A DNA stretch of 64,000 nucleotides, taken from contig CAZUNO010000013.1 in assembly GCA_964621445.1 (NCBI GenBank), positions 16,257 through 80,256 on the forward strand, written 5' to 3'. The first letter of the stretch is position 1, and the number at the start of each line of letters is the position of its first letter. The notes below the pieces were generated by a model. That model was not told where the DNA came from. It was given only the letters and a program-made list of their open reading frames with translations, and did no database searches. The translations under genes and the position numbers were made by a program. The stretch comes from Candidatus Hadarchaeota archaeon (lineage in GTDB: Archaea > CAYQAE01 > CAYVLA01). Positions 1-9,963 of this stretch are shown one piece after another.

Positions 1-654
1 CTGGCGGATGAGCCCACCCAGGATAACCTGGAGAGCTATCGATATCTGGCCCGGACTTTTCACAAATATGCTCCGGATATCAAGAGGATTGACGCCATTC
101 AGACCACCGATCTCATTGGTGACCTCGAAGTCTGGGTACCAGAACTTGACCATTTCCACGAAAATATGGATTTCTATATGGATCGCATGAAGCGAGGAGA
201 AAAGGTCTGGTTCTATACCTGCCTGAATCCAAAGGGACGATACCCGAACAGGTTTATTGACCTTCCGCTACTAAAGGTGAGAATTCTTCACTGGATCAAT
301 TTCAGATACCATCTACCCGGCTACCTCCACTGGGGGTATAACTACTGGACGGATGATCCATACAGGGATACCCAACCGGATTGGAGTAACGGTCAGCCAC
401 TCCCGGCGGGTGATATGTGCATAGTATACCCTGGAAAGGACGGGCCCCTAGAATCCTTGCGGTACGAGGCCATGAGGGACGGCATCCAGGATTACGAGCT
501 TTTAAACCTCCTTTCCAAACACGATACCAAGAAGGCCACCCAACTCTGTCAGAAGATTGTCCTAAATCCAACGGATTATGTAAGAGATGCCAGCAAATTT
601 CGGCGGATAAGGTCGGAGCTCCTGCGGTGCCTTGACAAAGCTATGGAAATCTAG
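1..654 (+). CDS. DUF4091/GH123-like glycoside hydrolase, C-terminal part (5'-truncated by window edge)
   Basis: Frame 1 is open from base 1 (LADEPTQDN..., with a DEP motif). It continues into ORF 166..654, which has WFYTC, GYLHWGYNYW, GD..IVYPG and SLRYEAMRDGIQDYE, typical of DUF4091. Confidence 0.75.
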   Translation: MADEPTQDNLESYRYLARTFHKYAPDIKRIDAIQTTDLIGDLEVWVPELDHFHENMDFYMDRMKRGEKVWFYTCLNPKGRYPNRFIDLPLLKVRILHWINFRYHLPGYLHWGYNYWTDDPYRDTQPDWSNGQPLPAGDMCIVYPGKDGPLESLRYEAMRDGIQDYELLNLLSKHDTKKATQLCQKIVLNPTDYVRDASKFRRIRSELLRCLDKAMEI

Positions 655-671
655 GTTTCAGGTCAAGAAGA

Positions 672-1757
672 TCATATTGATCTTTCCAGTTCCTCAAAGC
701 CCTCCTCGCTGTACTCGAAAAAGCGCCGATACGAGGGACAGAAATAGCTCCGGTCCGGATATCTCCAGCCCCTCCGATGATACTGGCACCCGCCATAACA
801 TAGGTCAACCCAGTCACAGTCGAGGCATTCCGCAGGTAACCTGGATTTATTTCTTTGAAAATTCCTTAGTTCCGTGCTCTCAACTATAGTGGATAGATCC
901 TCCTCCATGATATTTCCCAGGTATGTTTCTTCCTCAACGAAGAAATCGCACGGATATACATTACCGTTGTGTTCAATAACCACGTAGTGGGCACAAATTG
1001 GCCCGAAGGTGCATAACCCGGCCTCTCCTCCCACCTCAACCGAAAGGATCGAATTGAACATCCGGATATAGATGTCCGGAAAATCCCTCTTCCACAGGTC
1101 GAAAACTCGGCAGAGAAACTCGCCAAATCGTTCTTGGTCGACGTTAAAATCCTCCTGCTTTCCGGTTTCCGGATTCAATTCGTAGCAGGGAACGAACTGT
1201 AAATGGTGCAGGCCGTTATCGACCAGGAAATTGTATATCTCCTCCGGGTAGTCAACGTTAACATCATTAATGACCGTGAGGATGTTGAAATCCACATCGG
1301 AGTCCTTGAGAAGGTTTATTGACTCCATCACTTCCCCAAATGTTGGCCTGCCATCAGGCCTCTTTCTATAATGGTTGTGGAGCCTCCTGGGCCCGTCAAG
1401 GCTCACCCCTACCAGGAATTTGTATTCCTCGAAGAAATCTATCCAGTCCTCGTCGAGTAGAGTTCCATTGGTCATGAAGGCATTGGATACCACGTGGCCC
1501 CTGCCGTACTTCTCCTGTAGCTTCACCGCTCGCCGGAAGAAATCAAGTCCAGCCAGCAGAGGTTCGCCCCCCTGCCAACTGAAGGAGGCACTTCCCGCAC
1601 ACATATCCATGAACTGGGATATCATTGCCTCCAATACCTCCTCTGACATGAGCTTAGCATGGGGAAAGAGGTCGGATTTCATCCTATAGAAGCAGTAATC
1701 ACAGGCCAGATTACATCGCGCATTTACTGGCTTTACCAGAAGGCTCCGCGGAAGCAT
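672..1757 (-). CDS. Anaerobic sulfatase maturase (radical SAM/SPASM, AslB/AtsB family)
   Basis: LVKPVNARCNLACDYCFY (CxxxCxxC), WQGGEPLL, GNVYPCDF and the SPASM motif CLDCDWVDLCYGGC. Confidence 0.92.
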   Translation of the reverse strand: MLPRSLLVKPVNARCNLACDYCFYRMKSDLFPHAKLMSEEVLEAMISQFMDMCAGSASFSWQGGEPLLAGLDFFRRAVKLQEKYGRGHVVSNAFMTNGTLLDEDWIDFFEEYKFLVGVSLDGPRRLHNHYRKRPDGRPTFGEVMESINLLKDSDVDFNILTVINDVNVDYPEEIYNFLVDNGLHHLQFVPCYELNPETGKQEDFNVDQERFGEFLCRVFDLWKRDFPDIYIRMFNSILSVEVGGEAGLCTFGPICAHYVVIEHNGNVYPCDFFVEEETYLGNIMEEDLSTIVESTELRNFQRNKSRLPAECLDCDWVDLCYGGCQYHRRGWRYPDRSYFCPSYRRFFEYSEEGFEELERSI

Positions 1758-1862
1758 CGTATAGGCCTATATCCTTAACCTAAATCTATTACCCAAAAAG
1801 AGATATGGGAAGTATCGATGAGAAACGGAAGATCTAAGTGGATGAAACGGGAATCGGGAATC

Positions 1863-4800
1863 ATGGAGCAGCCCCGCCGCGGCATAAAAATCCCGGGCCA
1901 TGTGATTAGTTCACTAATGCTGGTCATTATATGGCTATGGGCAACCCAGTGTATCTCGGCCTATGAGGGCCACCTTCCACTCAACGGTGCATTCGAACGC
2001 CAGACACCATCAGGTACCCCATTGAACTGGTCCCTAAACACAATTCCAACCGGCGATGACTCGCGGACACTGGCAAAACTCTCTACGGTATCCTACAAAG
2101 GTGAAATGTCCCTGAAAATTACCAGTACGGGGAACGGTACATCTATGGCCATTCACGAGAGCGAGATTGGTTTCCCGGTGCTTAGAATGCTTCACCTGGG
2201 AACGGCCGAGTATCACTATAAGGTCCTTTCCTCGGAATTGGCAGGGAAAAATCTGGAGTTTAGGCTGGAATTACTTGATGGAGAGGGAAATCTGGTCCAC
2301 CAGGTGATACACTCCCCTCCAGCTGAACATGTGGGAGATGGCCAGTGGCACAGGGATACCTTTAACGTTGATATCCTGCAATCTCGCAGAGCAAAGTTCA
2401 TAAGAATCTCATTCTCGGTGAACGGGGAAGGAGAAATTGGGCCCGGTTCATGGCTCATCGATGAGGTGCAGGTGTATGACCGTCCAGCATCCATTCTAAT
2501 GGAAAAGGCCACCCTCCAGAAGGGGGTTTTCAGTCCAAGTCAGACCATCCGGGTCCAGCTCGTGGTTGAAAATCAAGGGGGCGCATTCTACTATGACCTA
2601 CACTCTAAAATGGAAGTACCAGAGGACCTTACCGTGTTGGGCAGCCCGGAGAAATCCATTAACGTTGTAGAGCCGGGGGTTGACTATACGATAAACTGGT
2701 CACTATCGGCCAGCCAAGAGGGAATATACCAGGTCGAAATCAATTCCTGGAGTCCACTAAACGAAAGCCTCCACGACCCCATGATTCTTGTCATATCCTC
2801 TGCCGATTTCTCCCATCCGGTTACCCGGCCCCCGGAGGCCAGGTGCACTATCTCCGAGTCGGAGATAGCCCTGGAAAATGAACATCTACGCATCGTTTTC
2901 CCCAGAACAGAGGGTGGCATGCCTCTTTTCGCAATCCAGAGTTGGAATGGCTCCTGGTTCACCATGGGAGTCGCTACCCCAATTGGACATGCCTTGAACC
3001 TACCTTCGGCAGGGCTTAGGGAACTGATTCTCCTCACACCAAGCCAATTCAAATCGGGAAATGAAACGGATGGTACCTGGTTAACTCTCAGCGGCAGCAC
3101 AAAGGACTCTGAAGGCGTCAACTGGGACTTCGATTATTATTTCCATCTTAATTCTTCCGGAACCCAGGTAGAAATGGAACTCCGAGTGGTTCCAAGTTCC
3201 AACAGAACGCTTCTCCGTCTTTCAGGTCCTCGTTTACTTGCAGGAGAAACCAGTTTTGGGGGACGAAGGAACCAAGGCCTTTTCCCGGGTATAGAATACC
3301 TTTTACCCAATGAGAGGTCCTCAGGGACCGATTTCGTCGACCCGCCGGATAATATGAGAATAGTTCCCCACCCGCTCAAGATCACGGCGCCGCTAATGGT
3401 AATTGAAAATGAGGGAAATGCGGTCGGCATGTTCTGGGATCCGCTCCAGGCCTGGGATGGCGAGAATTCATTGCCCTGTGCCAAGTACATCTCACCCAAT
3501 TGGGTAAACAAGCAGGATAACCACCTGATGTCCATCTTCGCGCCCTCCATCCCGCGATGGGTCAACGAGAATGAGGATCAGGCCGAGAATCCATATGATT
3601 TCGATGATCCAATAATACTCGAGATGAGCATATTTGCTCGATCAAATACCAGCGTGATTGATACCTACCAGTGGTGGCTAGAGCAACATGGAACCCCCGA
3701 ACCCCCCCAGAAGCCCAGAAGCTGGCAGGAGACCTTTGATCTCTGCACCACGTGCTACAATGATATATGCTGGGTTAGCGAGGACAAGGCCTGGAAACAT
3801 ACCCACCTCGACGACCCGAAATGGATATTCTGGGACCCCATGGTAGCAAATGCACTTTGGCATCATTCTGCCTATACGGATAACGCTACACTGAGATCTC
3901 AAATAAGGGATCAGGTTAACGAGGCGCTGGAGGCCAGGAAATGGAGGAACTCGGACGAGGACCTTGCCCTGCACATAGGTGGTTTGGAACGAGCCCTCAA
4001 CTCAAAATACGGATGGGTGGCCTCACTTGCGGACTCCCAGAACCCGGATGGTTCCTGGCCATACACCGGCAAGGGGTCCCTGGGTGAGACGGGGGATACC
4101 TCCTCCGGCTGGGTGGCCAGCAAGGCGAGATCGTTGCTCAAGTTTGGAAGGATAACCGGGGATCAGGAGGCCATAAGGACAGGATTTAAGGCCCTTGATT
4201 ACCTGGATTCCGAACTTAGGCCCGAGGGAGCACAGACCTGGGAACTCCAGCTCCACGTCCCGGATATCCTGGCTTCTTCTTACATATTGGAGTGCTACCT
4301 AGAGGCCTACGAGATATCCGGAAAGCCAAAATACCTTGAAAAGGCAAGGTACTGGGCTCTCACCGGCTTGCCCTTCGTATACATGTGGAACCCTACCGAA
4401 AGGCCCATAATGAGATATGGGTCCATACCCGTCTTCGGTGCAACCGCATATACCCATCCATGGTTCGGCATTATAGTACAGTGGAATGGCCTGGACTACG
4501 CGTATAACCTCTACAGGCTCTCCCAGTACGACGATTCGCTCCCCTGGCATAGGATAGCCGAGGGTATTACCGTGTGCGGAATGCAGATGCAGAGGTACCC
4601 CGGCGGGCCCCACGATGAGATGTTGGGGATGTATCCCGACGCTTTCAGCGCCGTTCTGGGCACGGATCCCTATTACTTCGATATTAACCCTAGATTCATA
4701 TCCCTCTGCGCATTTGCGCTAAGCGGCAGGGATGAGACCACGCGGACCAGGATAATCGAGGTTGATGGACGAACTGTGCACTTCAACACCGTCGGTAACC

Positions 4801-5546
4801 TGACCCAGGTTGGCCAGGAGGAGAACGGCTTTCACTTCAAGGTCCAATACCCCCAGGGGGATGTCTCCTATTCTCTGGTCAGTTGCATCTCCAAACCCTC
4901 CAAGGTTACCCTAAACCACCAGACGCTGCCCCCGGCAACCGAGCTTTCAAAGGTAGAGCAGGGGTGGAGATACCTCCCGGAGGGGGTACTTCTACTGAAG
5001 ATAAACCACACCCGAGAGGACCTAATAGATATCCAGGGGTCCAGGGCCATCACCCACCTGCGCTTCTCATCAAACTCCACCTGGGAATTCCCGGCATCCA
5101 ATCAGGGATGGGGAGAGCCTAACATGCTCGAGCCCTTGTCCGTCTCGGAGGGTAAAATCCAGGCGAGATCCACGGGGAATGACCCCTTCATCCTGGGACC
5201 ATCAATTAGGCTGAGGGCCAGCCATGATTGTACCGCACGTATAAACATGAGCATATCTAGGGGAGAGCGAGCCCAGCTGTTCTGGACAAGAAGCGATTCC
5301 AAAATGTACTCGGAATCCAAAAGCATATCATTTGACATTGTGGCCGATGGTAATTTCCATGAGTATATCCTGGATCTTGGAGAAAACCAGGAATGGAGCG
5401 GGGTCATAAGGGGCTTGAGGCTCGACCCCACGGACTCAACCGGCGCCGAAATATCGATAGATTCCATTAGAATACCCGAGCCCTGCCTGATTCCAGCCAT
5501 CCTGACCCTTCTTTCACTCTTGATCAGAGGTTGTTACCGTGGCTGA
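1863..5546 (+). CDS. Large secreted multidomain protein: CBM-like/Ig-like N-terminus, probable (alpha/alpha)-barrel core, C-terminal PEP sorting-like tail
   Basis: The ORF is 1242 aa from 1818, with a likely start at 1863. It has an N-terminal hydrophobic signal, LNGAFE..P.NW (CBM-like), SQNPDGSW and a C-terminal LRLDP beta-sandwich. It ends IPEP + hydrophobic stretch + basic residues. Confidence 0.65.
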   Translation: MEQPRRGIKIPGHVISSLMLVIIWLWATQCISAYEGHLPLNGAFERQTPSGTPLNWSLNTIPTGDDSRTLAKLSTVSYKGEMSLKITSTGNGTSMAIHESEIGFPVLRMLHLGTAEYHYKVLSSELAGKNLEFRLELLDGEGNLVHQVIHSPPAEHVGDGQWHRDTFNVDILQSRRAKFIRISFSVNGEGEIGPGSWLIDEVQVYDRPASILMEKATLQKGVFSPSQTIRVQLVVENQGGAFYYDLHSKMEVPEDLTVLGSPEKSINVVEPGVDYTINWSLSASQEGIYQVEINSWSPLNESLHDPMILVISSADFSHPVTRPPEARCTISESEIALENEHLRIVFPRTEGGMPLFAIQSWNGSWFTMGVATPIGHALNLPSAGLRELILLTPSQFKSGNETDGTWLTLSGSTKDSEGVNWDFDYYFHLNSSGTQVEMELRVVPSSNRTLLRLSGPRLLAGETSFGGRRNQGLFPGIEYLLPNERSSGTDFVDPPDNMRIVPHPLKITAPLMVIENEGNAVGMFWDPLQAWDGENSLPCAKYISPNWVNKQDNHLMSIFAPSIPRWVNENEDQAENPYDFDDPIILEMSIFARSNTSVIDTYQWWLEQHGTPEPPQKPRSWQETFDLCTTCYNDICWVSEDKAWKHTHLDDPKWIFWDPMVANALWHHSAYTDNATLRSQIRDQVNEALEARKWRNSDEDLALHIGGLERALNSKYGWVASLADSQNPDGSWPYTGKGSLGETGDTSSGWVASKARSLLKFGRITGDQEAIRTGFKALDYLDSELRPEGAQTWELQLHVPDILASSYILECYLEAYEISGKPKYLEKARYWALTGLPFVYMWNPTERPIMRYGSIPVFGATAYTHPWFGIIVQWNGLDYAYNLYRLSQYDDSLPWHRIAEGITVCGMQMQRYPGGPHDEMLGMYPDAFSAVLGTDPYYFDINPRFISLCAFALSGRDETTRTRIIEVDGRTVHFNTVGNLTQVGQEENGFHFKVQYPQGDVSYSLVSCISKPSKVTLNHQTLPPATELSKVEQGWRYLPEGVLLLKINHTREDLIDIQGSRAITHLRFSSNSTWEFPASNQGWGEPNMLEPLSVSEGKIQARSTGNDPFILGPSIRLRASHDCTARINMSISRGERAQLFWTRSDSKMYSESKSISFDIVADGNFHEYILDLGENQEWSGVIRGLRLDPTDSTGAEISIDSIRIPEPCLIPAILTLLSLLIRGCYRG

Positions 5547-7140
5547 AAACCCCCGCATTCTGGTTAATCAGGTCGGATATGACCTCGGTAAGGAGAAGAG
5601 CTTCCTGGTACAGCTCGAGAAGAGAGGACAGGAAACCGAGTTCCAGGTAATCGACCTGGGCGGTGAATTATACCTTACCGGAACTGCCCGCGATGTGGGG
5701 GAAGTAGACAAGTGGGGGCAGTGGTATCTGAGAGGGGACTTCACTCCGCTTCAGAGGGAGGGAAAATTCATGGTCACCATGGAGATAGAAGGTCAGACCC
5801 TGAATTCATTTCCCTTTCAAATATCGGAGGATCTTCTCCTTAACGAAACAGGTAGGCCGGCCTCGGACTTTTTCCGCTACCAGAGATGCGGGTGCCGGGT
5901 TGAAGGGTGGCACGGTTCGTGCCACCTGGATGATGGAAAAATGGGGAACGGATCCCATATCGATGTTTCGGGGGGCTGGCACGATGCCGGTGATTATAAC
6001 AAATACAACGGTTTTACACCTCTATCGGTTCTGGCCCTGACCTGGAGCTACCAGATGAAGCCGGGGTATTTCGGGAAATGGAGAGCCAATGAGGGCATTC
6101 CCACTATCATAGAAGAGGCATTATGGGGTGCCCAATGGCTGATGAAGATGCAACCCGAACCCGGTAAGCTTATGGATAGGGTTTTCTCCGGGTATTCCTT
6201 CTGGGGTAGACCGGAGAACGAGACCGATAATATCTGTGAAAATGAGGACGATAGACCTATAGAGGGCGAGGCAGGGGCATGTCCAGTTGCCCTGGCGGCT
6301 GCATCACTTTCCAAACTTTCTTCCTGGAGGCCGGATGATGGCTATCTCCAGGCGGCAAGGAATCTGTGGATGAGAAATAGGGAAAGGGAGAGGTTCCTGC
6401 AATCCGAAGCGGCCATGATCATCTGCGATCTGGCCCTAAAAGCCTCGGGGAGCGGAGATGTCTATATGGAGGATATGGAAAAAAGAATAGCCTTCATATT
6501 GGATTCACAGCAAAGCGAAGGATGGTTTTCAACCGGGCAGGGAGAACCCTTCAACTCCATAACCCAGATGGGACTTCCGGCAGCTGCCTTAGCCCAGTCG
6601 GCCCTGGAAACCGAAATAATGAAAGCGGATATCGAGAAGGGATTATCAAGATACTGGAATTTCTCCTTGAAGATGGCAAGTAACCCCTTTCGGATATCGA
6701 CCCTCTACCATGGTGATGGCTCAACCTCATTCTTCCACAGGTATCCTGATCAGGAAAGCTGGTATGTGGGCCAGAACAGCCAGTATCTATCCCAGGCCTG
6801 GGCCGCGCTATTGGCCCATAGATTAACTGGTAACTCCAGATACAGGCGTTACGCTCTATCCCAGATTAACTGGGTCCTGGGCATGAATCCCTTTGGCCTG
6901 TGCATGATGGAAGGTGAAGGCCGGGCCAACCCGGGGGTATACCACCACCGTTACGACACCATACCAGGAAGAAACAGGGGCGCGGTTCCCGGATGTATAC
7001 CTAATGGTATAGTCCGGTTATCTCCTGAAGAGGATATACCCCGGTTCGATCTCGGGGTTTCCGGGAGGGAGGATTACCACAGCAATGAGCCCTGGCTTCC
7101 CCATAACGCCTTCTACCTCCTGGCGGTATCCCATCTATAA
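5539..7140 (+). CDS. Glycoside hydrolase family 9 protein with N-terminal Ig-like domain
   Basis: ILVNQVGY (CelD_N-like), FFRYQRCG, GGWHDAGDYNKY, NWVLGMNPFGLCM and C-terminal catalytic-type SNEPW. Confidence 0.85.
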   Translation: MAENPRILVNQVGYDLGKEKSFLVQLEKRGQETEFQVIDLGGELYLTGTARDVGEVDKWGQWYLRGDFTPLQREGKFMVTMEIEGQTLNSFPFQISEDLLLNETGRPASDFFRYQRCGCRVEGWHGSCHLDDGKMGNGSHIDVSGGWHDAGDYNKYNGFTPLSVLALTWSYQMKPGYFGKWRANEGIPTIIEEALWGAQWLMKMQPEPGKLMDRVFSGYSFWGRPENETDNICENEDDRPIEGEAGACPVALAAASLSKLSSWRPDDGYLQAARNLWMRNRERERFLQSEAAMIICDLALKASGSGDVYMEDMEKRIAFILDSQQSEGWFSTGQGEPFNSITQMGLPAAALAQSALETEIMKADIEKGLSRYWNFSLKMASNPFRISTLYHGDGSTSFFHRYPDQESWYVGQNSQYLSQAWAALLAHRLTGNSRYRRYALSQINWVLGMNPFGLCMMEGEGRANPGVYHHRYDTIPGRNRGAVPGCIPNGIVRLSPEEDIPRFDLGVSGREDYHSNEPWLPHNAFYLLAVSHL

Positions 7141-8148
7141 GGGCAGGTCGATCCTACATCCTTCCTGGCTCGCTCTTATCGCGCCCAGACTCAGCTCGAC
7201 GGACCGCAGACCTTCATTGACATCGACGGCCGTTGGCTGCCCGATCTCCACGGCTGATAGAAATGCCCTTTCCTCAGCCACGTAGGGATTATTCTTTCCC
7301 TCGAATTCTGCCTTATGATCCTTCCACTCGATGATTACTTTGCTTGAATCATCGATATAATGCATGTCCCTGGACACCACCTCCAACCCCGCCCGAAAGG
7401 AAACGGAGGCATTGGTGGACGTAACCACTCCAAGCGCCCCGCTCTTGAACCTCATAAGGACGGCTGACACGTCCTCGATATCATATCCCTCGATATCGGT
7501 GTTTATCTCCGTGGCCAGCAGAGCCTGTAGGGACTCGACATCTCCTCCCAGCCATCTTGCCTGATCGAAGATGTGGGTGGTCTGTTCAGTGATCTGGCCT
7601 CCGCTCTTGTCCCTCTGGATCCACCAGGGTACGTGGTAAATTCCACCCCACCACCTGCCCTGGACCAGGGCGATGGGCCCTCCTTTCTGGAGGAGTAGGT
7701 CCCTAGCCTCGACCTTTCCATCATCAAATCGCCAGTGATAACCCATTTGATTGATTATTCCGGTCTTTTGGCAGATATCAACAATTTCCTTGGCCCTTTC
7801 GATTTTTGAATCCAGGGGTTTCTCCACAAATACCGGTAAGCCCCTCTCCGCCGCGGCCCTAATGGGCTCCAAATGAACGAAGGGAGGCGTGCAGATAAAG
7901 ACCGCCTCCAGGTCCTCATTATCCATCATCTCCTCGTAATCTGTATAACGATTGGGGATGTCAAACTTGTCCTGGATGCCCGATGCCTTTTCATCATCCA
8001 AGTCGGATATGGCAACCAGCTCGGCACCATCCATTTCCCGCAAGTTCCTGACGTGACTACTACCAATTCCTCCCACGCCTATAACGGCAACTCTCAAATA
8101 ATCACTTATTAAGGTCGATGGGGTGCCATTTGAAAAATGCTCCATCAC
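7135..8148 (-). CDS. Gfo/Idh/MocA family oxidoreductase
   Basis: VAVIGVGGIG Rossmann motif, VFVEKP and EQTTHIFD. Confidence 0.9.
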   Translation of the reverse strand: MMEHFSNGTPSTLISDYLRVAVIGVGGIGSSHVRNLREMDGAELVAISDLDDEKASGIQDKFDIPNRYTDYEEMMDNEDLEAVFICTPPFVHLEPIRAAAERGLPVFVEKPLDSKIERAKEIVDICQKTGIINQMGYHWRFDDGKVEARDLLLQKGGPIALVQGRWWGGIYHVPWWIQRDKSGGQITEQTTHIFDQARWLGGDVESLQALLATEINTDIEGYDIEDVSAVLMRFKSGALGVVTSTNASVSFRAGLEVVSRDMHYIDDSSKVIIEWKDHKAEFEGKNNPYVAEERAFLSAVEIGQPTAVDVNEGLRSVELSLGAIRASQEGCRIDLPL

Positions 8149-8447
8149 CTGCGAAGGTATCTAACCGAGGAGACAGTTCCCCAGGAAAGCAATAATACCC
8201 CAGGAATAACCGCCGCAATCCACAGGTAGAAGTTTTCCCAGGTCTGGTCCATCTCCCTTTCTAGCTGTTCCCTGAAGGCCGGGGGCCAGCGGGGATCGAT
8301 GGTTTGATTCATCCTCATCACGTTCCTGGTAGCGGTAACCGCCTGGGGAACCACCATTGCCAGGTATATGACTCCCAGCGCCATGGCAATCATGCCTTTC
8401 AAAAGAGGACGACGGGAGCGGGCAAGAATGAATTTCAGTTTACTCAC
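8145..8447 (-). CDS. Small hypothetical membrane protein (2 TM)
   Basis: Two hydrophobic helices. Its stop overlaps the next start (GTGA) on the same strand. Confidence 0.6.
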   Translation of the reverse strand: MSKLKFILARSRRPLLKGMIAMALGVIYLAMVVPQAVTATRNVMRMNQTIDPRWPPAFREQLEREMDQTWENFYLWIAAVIPGVLLLSWGTVSSVRYLRR

Positions 8448-8549
8448 TATGATTGGGGCAAACGCATGCTCTCAAATATCTTTTACCCCACATCCGGTAA
8501 TCAAGGGGGTTCATTTTTCAGCCAGGAGAGCAAGGAGAAAGAGATCAAA

Positions 8550-8819
8550 TTGGGAGATGAGGAGGAAGGCGGCGAAGCCAAGACCAGCGAGGGAAACCAG
8601 CTACCTCCGATAGATCTGGAAGATGCTGGTGTAGAGGAATATGATGCCGATGAGAGCACGGCCTACCTCGCCTACCTCCTGCGCGAGGCGGAAATCACCA
8701 GCAGGAGACTCGAGAGCATCAGCCGACAGGTAAGAATCATGATTGCCCTGCTGGCCCTAAATATCATAGTGCTCATAATATACTGGCTTGATATCACCGG
8801 GGCAATCAACTTTATTTAG
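8550..8819 (+). CDS. Small acidic hypothetical protein with C-terminal TM helix
   Basis: This is the 3' part of ORF 8304..8819. A TTG start at 8550 avoids overlap with the opposite-strand gene. It has an acidic N-terminus, a short coiled coil and IMIALLALNIIVLIIYWL. Confidence 0.5.
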   Translation: MGDEEEGGEAKTSEGNQLPPIDLEDAGVEEYDADESTAYLAYLLREAEITSRRLESISRQVRIMIALLALNIIVLIIYWLDITGAINFI

Positions 8820-8880
8820 GCAAGTCGTCGGAGGAACGATACATTCAAAACCGACCCCTTAGAGGGCAGAGAAAATTTGG

Positions 8881-9915
8881 GTGGTACCAGAGATGAAGAA
8901 AAAGAAGGTAAGATGCGGCGTTATTGGGCTAGGCTTCATTGGGACCAGAGTTCACGTGCCGAGTCTCAGGGGCATAAAGGGAGCCAAGCTGGTAGCTGTG
9001 GCCGACCTCGAGGAGAAGAGGGTAAAAAAGGCCGCCAAGAGAGGAGCGAAGGGCTACCATGATTACAAGGAGGTTCTTGAAAACCCTGATATAGATGCGG
9101 TGTGGGTTTGCCTACCAAATTTCCTACATGCAAAGGTAACCCTGGAAGCCCTGGAAGCCGGAAAACACGTCTTCTGCGAGATGCCCCTGTCTAACAAGGT
9201 TGAAGAGGCCAAGGAGGTTGTCTCCAAATCGAAAGAGGTGGACAGATTTGCAGTACCCGGGGCCACATTCAGGTACACACCGAACTTCAATAAGATGAAG
9301 AAACTGATGGATTCGGGCGAGGTTGGTAAACCAACGATGTTCTACGGTCGGGAATACATAGCACCTTCCATACTTGCCGATCAGTGGCCTGCCGGTAGTT
9401 GGGCCTGGGATAAGGAGAAGAGCGGGGGCACTAGCTTCACCCTCTCGGTGTGGGCCATAGATCTCATGAGGTGGCTGACCGAAAGCGAGGTTAAGAGGGT
9501 CTATGCCTCGATACAGCAGATCGAACAGCCCGAATACGGCGGTGTAACGCCCGAGAACTGCCAATTACACCTAAACTTCGAAAATGGGGTGAGCGGGGTG
9601 CTGGAGAGGAGTGAAAACAGTCCTCGATCCATGGAGGGTTCTGAGCTTCGGATGCTTTTCGATGATAACAGAGCGATCTACGCCAAGGAAAACGATATAA
9701 TCGAGCTACACCAGGAGGAATACGATAAGAGGGTCTGGAAGTTCTTCTCAACGGGAACCCGTGTATGGGGGCACCAACAGCTGGACCGGCATTTCGTTAA
9801 TTGCATCCGTAAGGATCAGACCCCCTCGGTTACCGCCGTGGATGGTCTGAGAGGTGTAGAGATAGCCACGGCCATGGTAGAATCAGCCGATACCGGACGA
9901 GCAATCGAGCTATGA
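8881..9915 (+). CDS. Gfo/Idh/MocA family oxidoreductase (atypical active-site motifs)
   Basis: GVIGLGFIG Rossmann motif. It has GKHVFCEMP in place of CEKP and SVWAID in place of xxH.xD. Confidence 0.85.
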   Translation: MVPEMKKKKVRCGVIGLGFIGTRVHVPSLRGIKGAKLVAVADLEEKRVKKAAKRGAKGYHDYKEVLENPDIDAVWVCLPNFLHAKVTLEALEAGKHVFCEMPLSNKVEEAKEVVSKSKEVDRFAVPGATFRYTPNFNKMKKLMDSGEVGKPTMFYGREYIAPSILADQWPAGSWAWDKEKSGGTSFTLSVWAIDLMRWLTESEVKRVYASIQQIEQPEYGGVTPENCQLHLNFENGVSGVLERSENSPRSMEGSELRMLFDDNRAIYAKENDIIELHQEEYDKRVWKFFSTGTRVWGHQQLDRHFVNCIRKDQTPSVTAVDGLRGVEIATAMVESADTGRAIEL

Positions 9916-9963
9916 TCTCAAGCACGAAATCCCAATCGTACGATGGGTAACCGGCGGGGCATA

